DNA of 64,000 bases from Candidatus Altiarchaeales archaeon (GTDB taxonomy: Archaea; Altiarchaeota; Altiarchaeia; IMC4; SCGC-AAA252-I15): positions 472,762 to 536,761 of the forward strand of contig WJMO01000006.1 in the NCBI GenBank assembly GCA_014727915.1. Direction: 5' to 3'. The translations under genes and the position numbers were made by a program. The notes below the pieces were generated by a model that saw only the letters and a program-made list of their open reading frames with translations, had not been told where the DNA came from and made no database searches. Position 1 is the first letter of the stretch. Each line of letters begins with the position of its first letter. Below, piece by piece: positions 18,523 to 28,148 of this stretch.

Positions 18523-19128
18523 CTAGAATGCTCTTGCCACAATAACCGAGGCAGCTGACAACAGAAGAGTTAGCACTGGCATGCAAACACACGCAGTATC
18601 GGCTGGTCTATCGGGAGAGGGAACAGTTGATGATGGTTTTCGGGCGGGGTATTTCGCTTCGTTTATGATTTCAAATGCTGCGGTTTTTGTCTCGTCCTTT
18701 TCCGGGTTTAATATGCTCACATCAAGTGTGTAGTAGACGCCATCAGAGTAGAAGTCGAAAAAACACTGTTCCTCGTCGGAGCCCGCCATTTCACATATGT
18801 AATATAGAGTGTGGCCAGAGTATGTGGCCTTTCCCACATTTCCCTGTTCATAGCCTTTTTTTAGGTCAGTCCATTCCGAGCTGCTCATATGTTGTTTCTC
18901 GAAGATGGCGACGATCCTATCGTCTGTTGAAGCATAGGATCTGCTGTTCAGGCTTTCCTCAACCATGGTCAGGTCTAATGCTGGCACATGGTCAGGGAAG
19001 GTTAGTTCGGCGACCGCCGGTGGTGAAAGGATGAGGAGTGCGAGGATGGCGAGATTGGAATGTTTCAGCATATAGAATGATTTGAGGAAGTGAATAAAAA
19101 ACCCAGATTCTGCCATCAACACCCACAA
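18523..19128 (-). CDS. Secreted protein with a C-terminal hydrophobic anchor
   Basis: Signal peptide (probable start at 19071, MLKHSNLAIL...), a C-terminal TM segment, and a basic tail. Confidence 0.35.
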   Translation of the reverse strand: MWVLMAESGFFIHFLKSFYMLKHSNLAILALLILSPPAVAELTFPDHVPALDLTMVEESLNSRSYASTDDRIVAIFEKQHMSSSEWTDLKKGYEQGNVGKATYSGHTLYYICEMAGSDEEQCFFDFYSDGVYYTLDVSILNPEKDETKTAAFEIINEAKYPARKPSSTVPSPDRPADTACVCMPVLTLLLSAASVIVARAF

Positions 19129-19182
19129 TACAGAAATCCCATTAAATATTTTTTTATATTGAATATTGCATTAGATAATGTC

Positions 19183-19620
19183 ATGAAAATAGGTTTAATC
19201 CTGGGTTTGGTGATGTTAGCCTCTGGGTGTCTCTGCTGCTGCAGTGGGGGATCTGACTATGGAGACTATGACTATGATGATTGGGATGCACCAACGGATT
19301 ATGCGGCAGCTACGGTAGCCTCTCCCAGTGGGGGCCCCAGGTTGGACTGCCTAGACGGGCATACACTCAATGACATCATGTGCTACAAGGCAGGGGGTGG
19401 GATTTCAACGGATGCCAGCCTCTGCAAGCAGATAGATGATCCGATTGGAGTTGCCGCATGCCTTGGTGGTGTGGCAGCAGTTAAAGACGATCCTAGCCTA
19501 TGCAGTCAAAGCAGGGGGGACTTGCATGATTTCTGCGTTGACGTATCCAATAGCAACTTCGCAGGAGAAACGGCAGGTAGCTTGGAGGAGAAATATCCCT
19601 TCCTGAAGCGGTGGGAGTAG
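19183..19620 (+). CDS. Cys-rich secreted lipoprotein with D-x-x-x-C repeats
   Basis: Start moved to MKIGLILGLVMLASGC (lipobox-like). A TATA-like tttttatatt sits about 30 nt upstream. Repeats of the form C..IDDP...AC / C.QSRGDLHDFC. Confidence 0.45.
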   Translation: MKIGLILGLVMLASGCLCCCSGGSDYGDYDYDDWDAPTDYAAATVASPSGGPRLDCLDGHTLNDIMCYKAGGGISTDASLCKQIDDPIGVAACLGGVAAVKDDPSLCSQSRGDLHDFCVDVSNSNFAGETAGSLEEKYPFLKRWE

Positions 19621-19903
19621 GGCGTTCATGGATATCCTGTCACCGGTATTTAACCTTTGTTTGCCTAAGTTCTTGTCATAATGGCGGATAGGATGTGGAC
19701 CTACCCTGAGTTGAGGTTTGTCTTCGTCAACCAGTTGAAGTACACACCCCAGGAGTTGGCCCTGCATGTCAATCGGGAGTTCCACGATGGGGATGACGTG
19801 AGGAGCGCCGTTGACATAGAGAATATCAAGAGGGGCAGGAACATATTCAACAAAGACCAGGGCTTCTGACCGCTTTTAATTCTGTTGTTTCTTATGAGTT
19901 ACG

Positions 19904-22261
19904 ATGAAATCCGCTGACTTGAAGTCTTCAGCCGCCGCTGTCTTCGCAGTGTCGATGATGGGCTATCTGATGACCTTGGCTCCCACCGTGTATGGGGGGG
20001 ACAGCGGGGACATGATAACAGCCTCGTATAATCTTGGCGTGGCACACCCCACAGGGTACCCCCTTTATATGCTGTTGGGCAAGGTGTTCTCGCTCATCCC
20101 GGTTGGGACGGTGGCCTACAGGTATAATCTGATGAGCGCGGTGTTCAGCGCTTTGGCTGCGGTTTTCATCTGCCTAACCACGATTTCTTTCACTAAGTCC
20201 AGGTTGGCGGGTGTGGGGTCTGGGTTGATGGTGGCCTTCTCCCACGCGATTTGGGACCAGGCCACTGTCGCGGAGGTCTACGCCTTGAACGGTTTCTTCG
20301 TTTCCCTGCTGATCTGGCTGGCCGTAAGGTTCAGGGAGAAGCGGGATAAGACTCTGCTTAGATACATCGCCTTCGCCTTTGGGCTGGGTTTGACAAACCA
20401 CATATCCCTGGTGTTTTACGCGCCCGCATTCGCGTACCTGTTGTATGAGGGCAATAGGAAGGCGTTTATGAAGATAGGAGCGGAGGTCAAGGCCTTCCTT
20501 GTGGCGCCGCTCCTCTTGTATCTATACATTCCATTGCGGGCTGGCAACAGGGTTTACAGCTGGGGTGACCCCAGGGGCGCGGCGGGTTTCATAAGGCATG
20601 TCACGGGGAGCATACACCGGCAGACCTACACTCTAACATTGAGCAAAGAGGGTGTTTTCGAGCGTTTCTTCGGTTTGTTGTATCATTATTTCAGGCAGTT
20701 CTCCCTTGCGGGTGCGCTTGTGTTGGCTGGCCTATACAACCACGGCGGCAAGAACAGGACATACCTCCGGTTCACTGGCCTTATGGTTGGCGCCGACCTC
20801 ATCTACGCCCTCTTCATAAACGATGTTTCGCTTCGGATCACCACATTCTGCATCCCCAGCATAATGGCCTTGGGCGTCTGGTCAGGTTATGGATTCCGGG
20901 ACGTCTTCAAAAGTTTCAAGAGGGGAAAGGACAATGCCTTTGAGGCGGTCGCGGTGGCGGTTGTAGTCCTGATAGTGTTCGCCTCCAACCATTACATAAG
21001 CGACCGGTCCGATAATCTCATAGCATACGATTATGCGATGAACATATTGAGGTCCGTGGACGAAGGGGGTGTTGTCTTCGCGGAGGGTGATAATACCGTG
21101 CTGCCTTTGAATTATCTTCTGCTTGTCGAGGGAGTTAGGCCGGATGTGACCTTGTACGAGCGCACGGGTTTCCTAAGCCACAGACTATACGGGAAAGACT
21201 TCATATTCCTAGATGAGGATGAGCACGGGGAAGCCCGGGACAGGGTCGAGTATGAGGTGGTCCAGGAGGGCAGGCCGGTATATTATACGACCAAATCCGA
21301 TGTTGACCTTCCAGGGTACGATCTGGAGCAGGCGGGTTTAGTGTATAAGGTCGTGGCAGAGGGTGAAGAAGGCCCCTCAGAGGATTATTGGAACCTATAC
21401 GACTACCGGGGAGTTTGGAACCAGACCACCTACGAGGACTTCATGACCAGGTACATAAAGGCGGCCTATTACCTTCGCCTTGCGGAATACCGTATGGGAG
21501 AGGACAAAGACGCCGCTTTGGAGTTGCTCAACGACGCCAAGAGGCTCCTCCCAGACAATGTGGAACTCCACTATGACATAGGCAACATACTACTGAGCAA
21601 AGGCGACTATAAGGGCGCGGTGGAGGAGTTCGGGAAGGTTTTAAAGGAAGACGCCGAGAATGTGAAGGCCTTGAACAACAGGGGCTATGCATATGCGATG
21701 ATGGGATACGGTGAAAGCGCCAAGGAGGATTATATCAAGGCTCTGAAGTTGGAGCCAGGATATCTTAAGGCGCGTTTCAACCTGGCGGGGGCGCTGATGG
21801 CAGAGGAGAGGTTCGGAGAGGCCAGCCAACAGTACAAGCTCATAGTCGCCGCTGACCCCGAGTACGCTAACGCTTACTTCAACATGGGAGTGAGCCTGTA
21901 CAGGACCGGCGACCACCAGGGCGCAGTGGATGCGTGGACCAGGTATCTGGATTTGAGCCCTGACAGCCCCAGGGCCGGGGAGATACTCGAGCAGATTGAG
22001 ATAATAGAGGACCAGTATGCTATGGAGCAGAACCTGCTAGAATGCTCCAACGACAGCGACTGCACAGTAACAGAATATCCGATAAACGCGTGCTGCATGC
22101 AAAGGAAGTGCAGGTGGAGGGCTATAAACAAGGAAGGGCTTGAGCTCCAGGAGAGATGGAGGGAAGATGAGTGCGGAGAGGAAATCAAGTGCATGGTGGA
22201 TGACTGCGGGGAGCCGGACCGGGAGGTACAGTGCGTCAAGTTCAAGTGCAAGCTAATATAG
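19904..22261 (+). CDS. GT-C-fold membrane glycosyltransferase-like domain (DUF2723/TMEM260-like) fused to TPR repeats and a C-terminal Cys-rich CxxDxDC module
   Basis: About 11 TM helices with first-loop motifs GGDSGD and HPTGYPLY. Residues about 520-690 are TPR-like (repeated AxxYxxxG, A.EL..A, alternating hydrophobics). The C-tail CSNDSDCTVTEYPINACCMQRKC...C..C matches the module seen in 15491-16966. Confidence 0.5.
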   Translation: MKSADLKSSAAAVFAVSMMGYLMTLAPTVYGGDSGDMITASYNLGVAHPTGYPLYMLLGKVFSLIPVGTVAYRYNLMSAVFSALAAVFICLTTISFTKSRLAGVGSGLMVAFSHAIWDQATVAEVYALNGFFVSLLIWLAVRFREKRDKTLLRYIAFAFGLGLTNHISLVFYAPAFAYLLYEGNRKAFMKIGAEVKAFLVAPLLLYLYIPLRAGNRVYSWGDPRGAAGFIRHVTGSIHRQTYTLTLSKEGVFERFFGLLYHYFRQFSLAGALVLAGLYNHGGKNRTYLRFTGLMVGADLIYALFINDVSLRITTFCIPSIMALGVWSGYGFRDVFKSFKRGKDNAFEAVAVAVVVLIVFASNHYISDRSDNLIAYDYAMNILRSVDEGGVVFAEGDNTVLPLNYLLLVEGVRPDVTLYERTGFLSHRLYGKDFIFLDEDEHGEARDRVEYEVVQEGRPVYYTTKSDVDLPGYDLEQAGLVYKVVAEGEEGPSEDYWNLYDYRGVWNQTTYEDFMTRYIKAAYYLRLAEYRMGEDKDAALELLNDAKRLLPDNVELHYDIGNILLSKGDYKGAVEEFGKVLKEDAENVKALNNRGYAYAMMGYGESAKEDYIKALKLEPGYLKARFNLAGALMAEERFGEASQQYKLIVAADPEYANAYFNMGVSLYRTGDHQGAVDAWTRYLDLSPDSPRAGEILEQIEIIEDQYAMEQNLLECSNDSDCTVTEYPINACCMQRKCRWRAINKEGLELQERWREDECGEEIKCMVDDCGEPDREVQCVKFKCKLI

Positions 22262-22283
22262 AAGCGAGGCGATTGATTAAACG

Positions 22284-23444
22284 ATGATCGGGAGGAAGAG
22301 CATTGAAGAGGTTGTTGGAGGATACGACGGGGAAGATGTTAAGGTCGGGGTTCTAGCATCCCACAGCGCGTTGGATGTGGCTGAGGGCGCGGTAGCTGAG
22401 GGGTTCCGGACGGTGCTCTACTGCCAGAAGGGACGGGAGAAGACCTACGCAGAATACTTCAAAGCCCGGCGTGACGGCGAGGGTAACCTGGTGCGTGGAG
22501 TGGTCGACGAGGCCAGGGTCTACGGCAAGTTCAGGGAGATGGTATCCGAAAAGGAGCAGGAGAGGATGAAGGAGGATAACGTGCTTTTCATACCCAACCG
22601 TTCCTTCACGTCATACATTGACCTCAAGACCATCGAGGATGACTTCAGGGTGCCCATGGTGGGTTCGAGGAACATGCTGAGGAGCGAGGAACGGGGTGAG
22701 CAGCAGGACTACTATTGGCTTCTCGAAAAGGCGGGGCTGCCGTTCCCGGAGAAGATTGACAACCCAGAGGCCATTGACGACCTTTGCATTGTTAAACTAC
22801 ATCACAAACAAAAAAGGTTGGAGAGGGGTTTCTTCACCTGCAAGAGCCAAGAGGAATACGAAGAAAAATCCGCCCAGCTGATAAAAGACGGGGTTATAAC
22901 AGCTGATGCGCTGGAGCATGCGCGAATCGAGCGGTACATCATCGGCCCCGTCTTCAACCTGGACTTCTTCTACAACCCCTTGGAGGATGAGTTGCCTAAG
23001 ATCGAGCTCTTGGGCGTTGATTGGAGGTTCGAGTCCTCACTGGACGGGCATGTGCGGCTGCCCGCAGCCCAGCAGATGGAGCTGGTGGGCACGAAGCAGG
23101 AGATACCTGAGATGACCGTCTGCGGCCACAACAGCGCAACACTGCGAGAGTCGCTCTTAGAAAATGCCTTTGACCTGGCTGAGAAGTTCGTGGAAGCCAG
23201 CAAGGAACACTACAAGCCAGGTATCATAGGGGCTTTCTGCCTGCAGACCTGCGTGGACAAGGACCTCAACTACTACATCTACGATGTCGCCCCGAGAATC
23301 GGAGGGGGGACGAACGTTCACGTGGCGGTCGGCCACCCCTACGGGAACGCGCTGTGGAGGAAGGAGATGAGCACCGGCCGACGCACCGCCCAACTCATAA
23401 GGGAGGCTGTGGAGCAGGACCGGGTGAATGAGATAGTAACCTGA
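22284..23444 (+). CDS. purP: 5-formaminoimidazole-4-carboxamide ribotide synthetase-like (PurP family, ATP-grasp), paralog 1
   Basis: N-terminus VGVLASHSALDVAEGA..GFRTVLYCQKGREKTY and C-terminus YIIGPVFNLDFFYNP...LLGVDWRFESSLDG match my recollection of the archaeal PurP (DUF1246+DUF1297) layout. Paralogous to 24875-25957. Confidence 0.55.
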   Translation: MIGRKSIEEVVGGYDGEDVKVGVLASHSALDVAEGAVAEGFRTVLYCQKGREKTYAEYFKARRDGEGNLVRGVVDEARVYGKFREMVSEKEQERMKEDNVLFIPNRSFTSYIDLKTIEDDFRVPMVGSRNMLRSEERGEQQDYYWLLEKAGLPFPEKIDNPEAIDDLCIVKLHHKQKRLERGFFTCKSQEEYEEKSAQLIKDGVITADALEHARIERYIIGPVFNLDFFYNPLEDELPKIELLGVDWRFESSLDGHVRLPAAQQMELVGTKQEIPEMTVCGHNSATLRESLLENAFDLAEKFVEASKEHYKPGIIGAFCLQTCVDKDLNYYIYDVAPRIGGGTNVHVAVGHPYGNALWRKEMSTGRRTAQLIREAVEQDRVNEIVT

Positions 23445-23473
23445 CCTTAACCGACTAGCTCGGATTTAAGGTT

Positions 23474-24334
23474 TTGATTCGAAAGAATAACAGTATGGGC
23501 AGCATCAGGTTCTCCGCTTTCCAGAAGAGAAACGAGTCGGTCCCGGCAGAGCTTGTGCCAGATATAGAGGGGATGTGGAGTTACTGGGCCGGTACCGTAT
23601 GGCCGCCGCAGATGGTGCTTCAACCGCTTGACCTCCGAGACACCGATGTTTTCATGGACGTTGGTTGCGCTATTGGAGAGCACGCGATATACGCGGGCTG
23701 CAGGGGAGGGACGTCTGGGGCAGGGGTCAGGGAATCTTATGGCCTGGACAATCCTAAGAAGATGATACGTCTGGCGAACATGCTGTCAAGGGCCGTGAAA
23801 ATGGGGCATCCACTGGCTGATAAGGTATGGGACTATCACCGATACGGACAAGACGCCCTAGGAGGCATGAGGATGCACGTTGAAAGATGCCAGGATGAGA
23901 TAACTGATAATGCGCCGCTGCTGGATAACGTGAGATTCGCCTGTGTCAACCCCTATTATCTGCCAATAAGGTCGGACTCTGTGGACAAGCTGCAGAGCCT
24001 GTCAACGATCTCATACGAGCCTGACCCGTTGAAGAGGAGGAACATGATCAAGGAACAATTGAGGGTCGTCAGGGCGGGAGAGGGGAGGATACATGTTTTG
24101 GGCCACGACTACCACCCCACAAAAATGCCCAGGAACATGTTTGACGACCAGCCACTCCACCTGCAAAACGAGTATATCACGCTGCCTCATGAGTTCGAGG
24201 AAGTAGCAGGATTACTGGGTGTGAAGCTAAGGAGGGTCCAGGATTCGCCCGTATATGATCCTGGAAGGCACGGTGCAGTATATTTGGTGGAGGAGAAGGC
24301 CAAACCCCTGCCGAAAGGAATATTCAGGTTTTGA
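23474..24334 (+). CDS. Hypothetical protein (weak Rossmann/SAM-methyltransferase-like motif VFMDVGCAIGEHA)
   Basis: 286-aa ORF between the PurP paralogs. A motif-I-like D-V-G-C-A-x-G is present. No confident family assignment. Confidence 0.3.
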   Translation: MIRKNNSMGSIRFSAFQKRNESVPAELVPDIEGMWSYWAGTVWPPQMVLQPLDLRDTDVFMDVGCAIGEHAIYAGCRGGTSGAGVRESYGLDNPKKMIRLANMLSRAVKMGHPLADKVWDYHRYGQDALGGMRMHVERCQDEITDNAPLLDNVRFACVNPYYLPIRSDSVDKLQSLSTISYEPDPLKRRNMIKEQLRVVRAGEGRIHVLGHDYHPTKMPRNMFDDQPLHLQNEYITLPHEFEEVAGLLGVKLRRVQDSPVYDPGRHGAVYLVEEKAKPLPKGIFRF

Positions 24335-24369
24335 ATTATTATATTTGTCTGATTCCTAAATTTTATATT

Positions 24370-24840
24370 ATGAGCATAGCAACCGCGGATCCTGCAACCG
24401 TAGAGGGGGCTAATATTCCTGTGGAACTGGCAGAGGACCCTGCAGAGCACATGATCACCCGGAAGGAGTATGACGCCTATTTGAAGGCTGCCCGTGAGCG
24501 GGCCAGGATACCGCCGGGAAGCCAGAACAGTAAGGGCTACGAGGACATTGAAGGCAGGCTATCTGGTATGGAGGGCATGAGCAGGCGAGAAGCCAGGACC
24601 CTGGTGAAAAGAGTATGTCATGATCCTAACCGGCAGGGGGCGGACTGCGACCTCGGGGGAACGTGGCAGCCCATGTTCTTCGCATACCTATACTACAGGA
24701 TCAGCAAGGACGCGGGTTTGAAATATGACCCGATAGTGCCGTATATCACAGTGGACAAACTCGACGGAGACCTGCACGCGAGGATGGCTGAGGCGCGGAG
24801 AAAGAGGTTCTCGCCGCGCAGGTTACTGGATGGGGACTGA
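24370..24840 (+). CDS. Hypothetical protein
   Basis: Start moved to the ATG at 24370, preceded by an AT-rich ttttatatt element. No recognisable domain. Confidence 0.3.
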   Translation: MSIATADPATVEGANIPVELAEDPAEHMITRKEYDAYLKAARERARIPPGSQNSKGYEDIEGRLSGMEGMSRREARTLVKRVCHDPNRQGADCDLGGTWQPMFFAYLYYRISKDAGLKYDPIVPYITVDKLDGDLHARMAEARRKRFSPRRLLDGD

Positions 24841-24874
24841 AAGGCTTTTATAGCTCGTTTTCTATAATGCTTTA

Positions 24875-25957
24875 ATGGTTGCTGTAGCTGAAGTACACCG
24901 GATTCTCGACGATTACGATCACAGCAGCGTCTCCGTAGCCACCATCGGCAGCCATAGCGCATTGAACATCTTCAAGGGAGCGAGGGAGGAGGGTTTCAAG
25001 ACCGTGTGCATCTGCAAGAAAGGAAGGGAGAAGACATACAACCGGTTCGGGCTGGTGGACGATTACATCATGATAGACGACATGAACGACACCGCCTCCG
25101 AGGAAGTGCAGGAGAAGCTCAGGGAATTGAACAGCATCGTAATACCCCACGGTTCCTTCAACGCCTACATAGACCAGGCTAGGATGGACGAGTTCAGAGT
25201 GCCCATAATGGGCAACCGCACGCTGTTGGAGGTGGAGACCTCACGGGTCAAACAGCACGATTGGATGAGGTCCGCGGGTTTGAAGGTCCCGAAGATATTC
25301 GAGTCCGCCAAGGACATCGAGGAACTGGCTTTCGTCAAATTTCCAGGGGCGAAAGGTGGGAAGGGCTACTTTGTGGTGGACAGCGAGGCAGCCTTCAAGA
25401 AGAAGATGAAGCTTATGCTCAAGAAGAATCTCATAACCAAGGAGGAGGCCAAGAACCCCTATATACAAGAGTACATAATCGGCGTGAACGCCTACCCCCA
25501 CTACTTCCACAGCCCGTTGAGGGATGAGACTGAGTTCCTCGGCGTGGATAAGAGGTATGAGTCGAGTGTGGACGGCGTCTTCAGGATACCGGTGCCAGAG
25601 CAGATAGGGCAGGAGATAAGCCCAACATTCAGCATCGTGGGCAACTTCCCCATGGTGCTGAGAGAATCGCTTTTGGATGAGATATTCGACATCGGCGAGA
25701 AGATCGTGAAGGAAAGCGAGAAACTCGCCCCTCCAGGGCTTATAGGCGCCTTCTGCCTTGAAGCCATCATAAAGGAGGATCTGGAGATAATAGCCTTCGA
25801 GATATCCTCTAGGATCGTGGCCGGCTGCAACGCCCTGATAGGGAGCAGCCCATACACATACCTGATGTACAATGAACCGATGTACATGGGCAAGAGGATA
25901 GCCAGGGAGATAAAAGAAGCAGTCAAAGAAGACAAACTCAAAGAACTGGTAACCTGA
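24875..25957 (+). CDS. purP: PurP-family FAICAR synthetase-like protein, paralog 2
   Basis: VATIGSHSALNIFKGAREEGFKTVCICKKGREKTY ... YIIGVNAYPHYFHSP...FLGVDKRYESSVDG. Collinear with 22284-23444 over its full length. Confidence 0.55.
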   Translation: MVAVAEVHRILDDYDHSSVSVATIGSHSALNIFKGAREEGFKTVCICKKGREKTYNRFGLVDDYIMIDDMNDTASEEVQEKLRELNSIVIPHGSFNAYIDQARMDEFRVPIMGNRTLLEVETSRVKQHDWMRSAGLKVPKIFESAKDIEELAFVKFPGAKGGKGYFVVDSEAAFKKKMKLMLKKNLITKEEAKNPYIQEYIIGVNAYPHYFHSPLRDETEFLGVDKRYESSVDGVFRIPVPEQIGQEISPTFSIVGNFPMVLRESLLDEIFDIGEKIVKESEKLAPPGLIGAFCLEAIIKEDLEIIAFEISSRIVAGCNALIGSSPYTYLMYNEPMYMGKRIAREIKEAVKEDKLKELVT

Positions 25958-26087
25958 ACCGGGTGCTTGAGGGGCGTAAGCCCCGAAACACACCTTTGTC
26001 GTCGGCTAACTCCGACATGGGCAAGAGGATAGCCAGGGAGATAAAAGAAGCAGTCAAAGAAGACAAACTCAAAGAACTGGTAACCTG
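25884..26087 (+). repeat. 73-bp direct repeat: the 3' end of PurP-2 (25884-25956) duplicated at 26015-26087
   Basis: Identical run ACATGGGCAAGAGGATAGCCAGGGAGATAAAAGAAGCAGTCAAAGAAGACAAACTCAAAGAACTGGTAACCTG in both copies. The copies diverge at the stop codon: TGA in copy 1, TGG in copy 2. Confidence 0.75.
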
Positions 26088-26185
26088 GTATTTGGGGGGT
26101 GTTTTATTTCATTTTTAATAGGTGTGGTCTCAATATATTGTATCTCTTATTCAGAGTCGAAAAAAAAAATTTGAGGTGAAAAAAC

Positions 26186-26452
26186 ATGGGTGAAGGACAG
26201 CAGCCTCCCGCGGGTGTGAACCCGGACAGGGTGGGGATATTCATGGATGTGTTGGACAACATAATTAGTGACTTGAACGATAACGCTGAATTACAGAAGG
26301 TCTTTGGCGTGCCTGTTTCCCGCGCGCTGGTGGTCGTTGCAGACAACAATGACCTGCGCATCGAGGAAGGAGGCAGGGTGCCCTTGAACGAGGAACAGCA
26401 GCAGCTATTCCTGAGGGTGTTGGACGAGGTCATAAGGGCCAACTCAGTGTAA
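26186..26452 (+). CDS. Small hypothetical protein (88 aa), co-oriented with the DUF167 gene
   Basis: ORF ending 1 nt before the next gene's start. Acidic, helical composition. Confidence 0.3.
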   Translation: MGEGQQPPAGVNPDRVGIFMDVLDNIISDLNDNAELQKVFGVPVSRALVVVADNNDLRIEEGGRVPLNEEQQQLFLRVLDEVIRANSV

Positions 26453-26453
26453 G

Positions 26454-26753
26454 GTGAAGAAGCCTTCGCTGAGGATCTCAGACTCCGGCGTCATATTCGA
26501 GGTCAGGGTCACGCCGTCAGCAAGGGAAGAGGGTGTTTCCCTTGAGGAGGGTGTGATAAGGGTCAGGACACGCGCGCCGGCGGATAAGGGCAAGGCTAAC
26601 AAGGCCGTCGTCCAGCTTTTGAAGGAGTTCTTCGGCCCCTGCGAAATCGTGGGCGGGCAAAGGTCAAGGAAGAAGACGGTAAAAACTGGAAAACGCGATG
26701 AAGACGGCTTTTACGCCTGTTTAGAGGCTCTTGGACGGGGGCAGACGGTGTGA
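26454..26753 (+). CDS. DUF167 (YggU/UPF0235) family protein
   Basis: 99 aa. The pattern RV.P.A......E.G.I.V...AP...GKAN.A...L.K.F resembles the DUF167 profile. Confidence 0.45.
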   Translation: MKKPSLRISDSGVIFEVRVTPSAREEGVSLEEGVIRVRTRAPADKGKANKAVVQLLKEFFGPCEIVGGQRSRKKTVKTGKRDEDGFYACLEALGRGQTV

Positions 26754-26911
26754 TTGGCTTTTATAAGCCATGAATGCGTAAAAATAGGCAATTGAATTCG
26801 CAAGTCAGGAATTCAAATTCACAAACATCACTTTCATAATCTGCACGCAGGTTAAATCAGACGTTTGTTGTAACGCTTTTTCTGGCTTGTAGGAGTTGAG
26901 AAACTTTAGAG

Positions 26912-28054
26912 GTGATAAGTATGGCTAAAGCACCAGCTGATACGGTAAAATACAACATATACGCAGACATAACCATCGACGGCGTCGTGGAGAAGCCGGA
27001 CGTGGTAGGAGCATTATTCGGGCAGTCCGAGGGTCTACTCGGGGAAGAATTGGAGCTGAGGGACCTGCAGAAGACGGGTAGGATAGGAAGGATAGAAGTC
27101 GACATAAAGACGAAGTCTGGGAAGAGCCAAGGCAAGATTCTAGTGCCCTCCAGCCTGGACATGGTCGAGACCTCGATCATAGCCGCCACTATAGAGATGG
27201 TGGACAGGGTCGGACCCTGCAATGCGAACATCAAGGTGACTAACGTCGTTGACGCGCGGACCAGCAAGAGGAAGTCCATGGTCGACAGGGCCAAGATAAT
27301 CCTTAAGAAGCTTATGCAGGATGAGATACCCGAGAGCATGGAGTTGGTGGATGAGGTCCGGAAGTCGGTGCAGTTATCGGAGATAACGACCTACAGGGGC
27401 TTGTCGGCTGGGCCGGCAGTGGAGGACAGTGACTCTGTGATATTGGTCGAGGGCCGGGCTGACGTCCTGAACCTGCTCAAATGCGGGATCAAGAACGCTG
27501 TGGCAATAGGCGGGACGAACATCCCCCGGGCGATCTCGGAGCTGAGCAAGAGCAAGACAAGCATAGCCTTCGTCGACGGGGACCGTGGCGGGGACATAAT
27601 ATTGAACGAGCTGCGGCAGGTGGCGGACATAGACTTCGTCGCCAAAGCACCGTCCGGGAAGGAAGTGGAGGACCTGGGCAAGAAGGAGGTCATCATGGCC
27701 TTGAGGAAGAAGGTCACCACAGACCAGGCCAAAAACGGCAGGGGCCGGAAGAACGGAGCGGCCGCGGACGGGGAGAGCCTTTTGCCCGAGCTGTCGAAGG
27801 TGAAGGGAAAGCTAAGCGCTCGACTCTACGGTGCGGATAAGAAGATGATAACCGAGATAGAGATCAAGGACCTGATAAGCACCCTGGGGAAGGTGCAGCC
27901 GGCGTATGTCGTGTTGGATGGGATAATAACCCAGCGTCTTGTGGACAGCGCACATGGCAGCGGGGTCAAGGTCTTGATCGGCGTGAACACTGCAGCCGAC
28001 ATAAAGAACAAGCATAACATAAGCTTGCTTACTGAGAAGGCTGCAGCCGGTTAG
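26912..28054 (+). CDS. dnaG: Archaeal DnaG-type primase (Toprim)
   Basis: Toprim motifs VILVEGRADVLNL and AFVDGDRGGD. SD-like GAGGTGAT upstream of the ATG. 380 aa. Confidence 0.8.
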   Translation: MISMAKAPADTVKYNIYADITIDGVVEKPDVVGALFGQSEGLLGEELELRDLQKTGRIGRIEVDIKTKSGKSQGKILVPSSLDMVETSIIAATIEMVDRVGPCNANIKVTNVVDARTSKRKSMVDRAKIILKKLMQDEIPESMELVDEVRKSVQLSEITTYRGLSAGPAVEDSDSVILVEGRADVLNLLKCGIKNAVAIGGTNIPRAISELSKSKTSIAFVDGDRGGDIILNELRQVADIDFVAKAPSGKEVEDLGKKEVIMALRKKVTTDQAKNGRGRKNGAAADGESLLPELSKVKGKLSARLYGADKKMITEIEIKDLISTLGKVQPAYVVLDGIITQRLVDSAHGSGVKVLIGVNTAADIKNKHNISLLTEKAAAG

Positions 28055-28148
28055 AGGAAAATCTGCTCCTAATGCGGTGTGCGCGGTTTTTAAGCGCACG
28101 CCCATCCTCGCTTATTTTAACCCGTGGCCGTATTGTCTATACGGTAAC

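Noticed and set aside
25241-25993. 250-aa minus-strand ORF antisense to PurP-2
   Set aside because: Antisense to a gene with a full-length paralog match. His/Tyr/Leu-rich artefactual composition.
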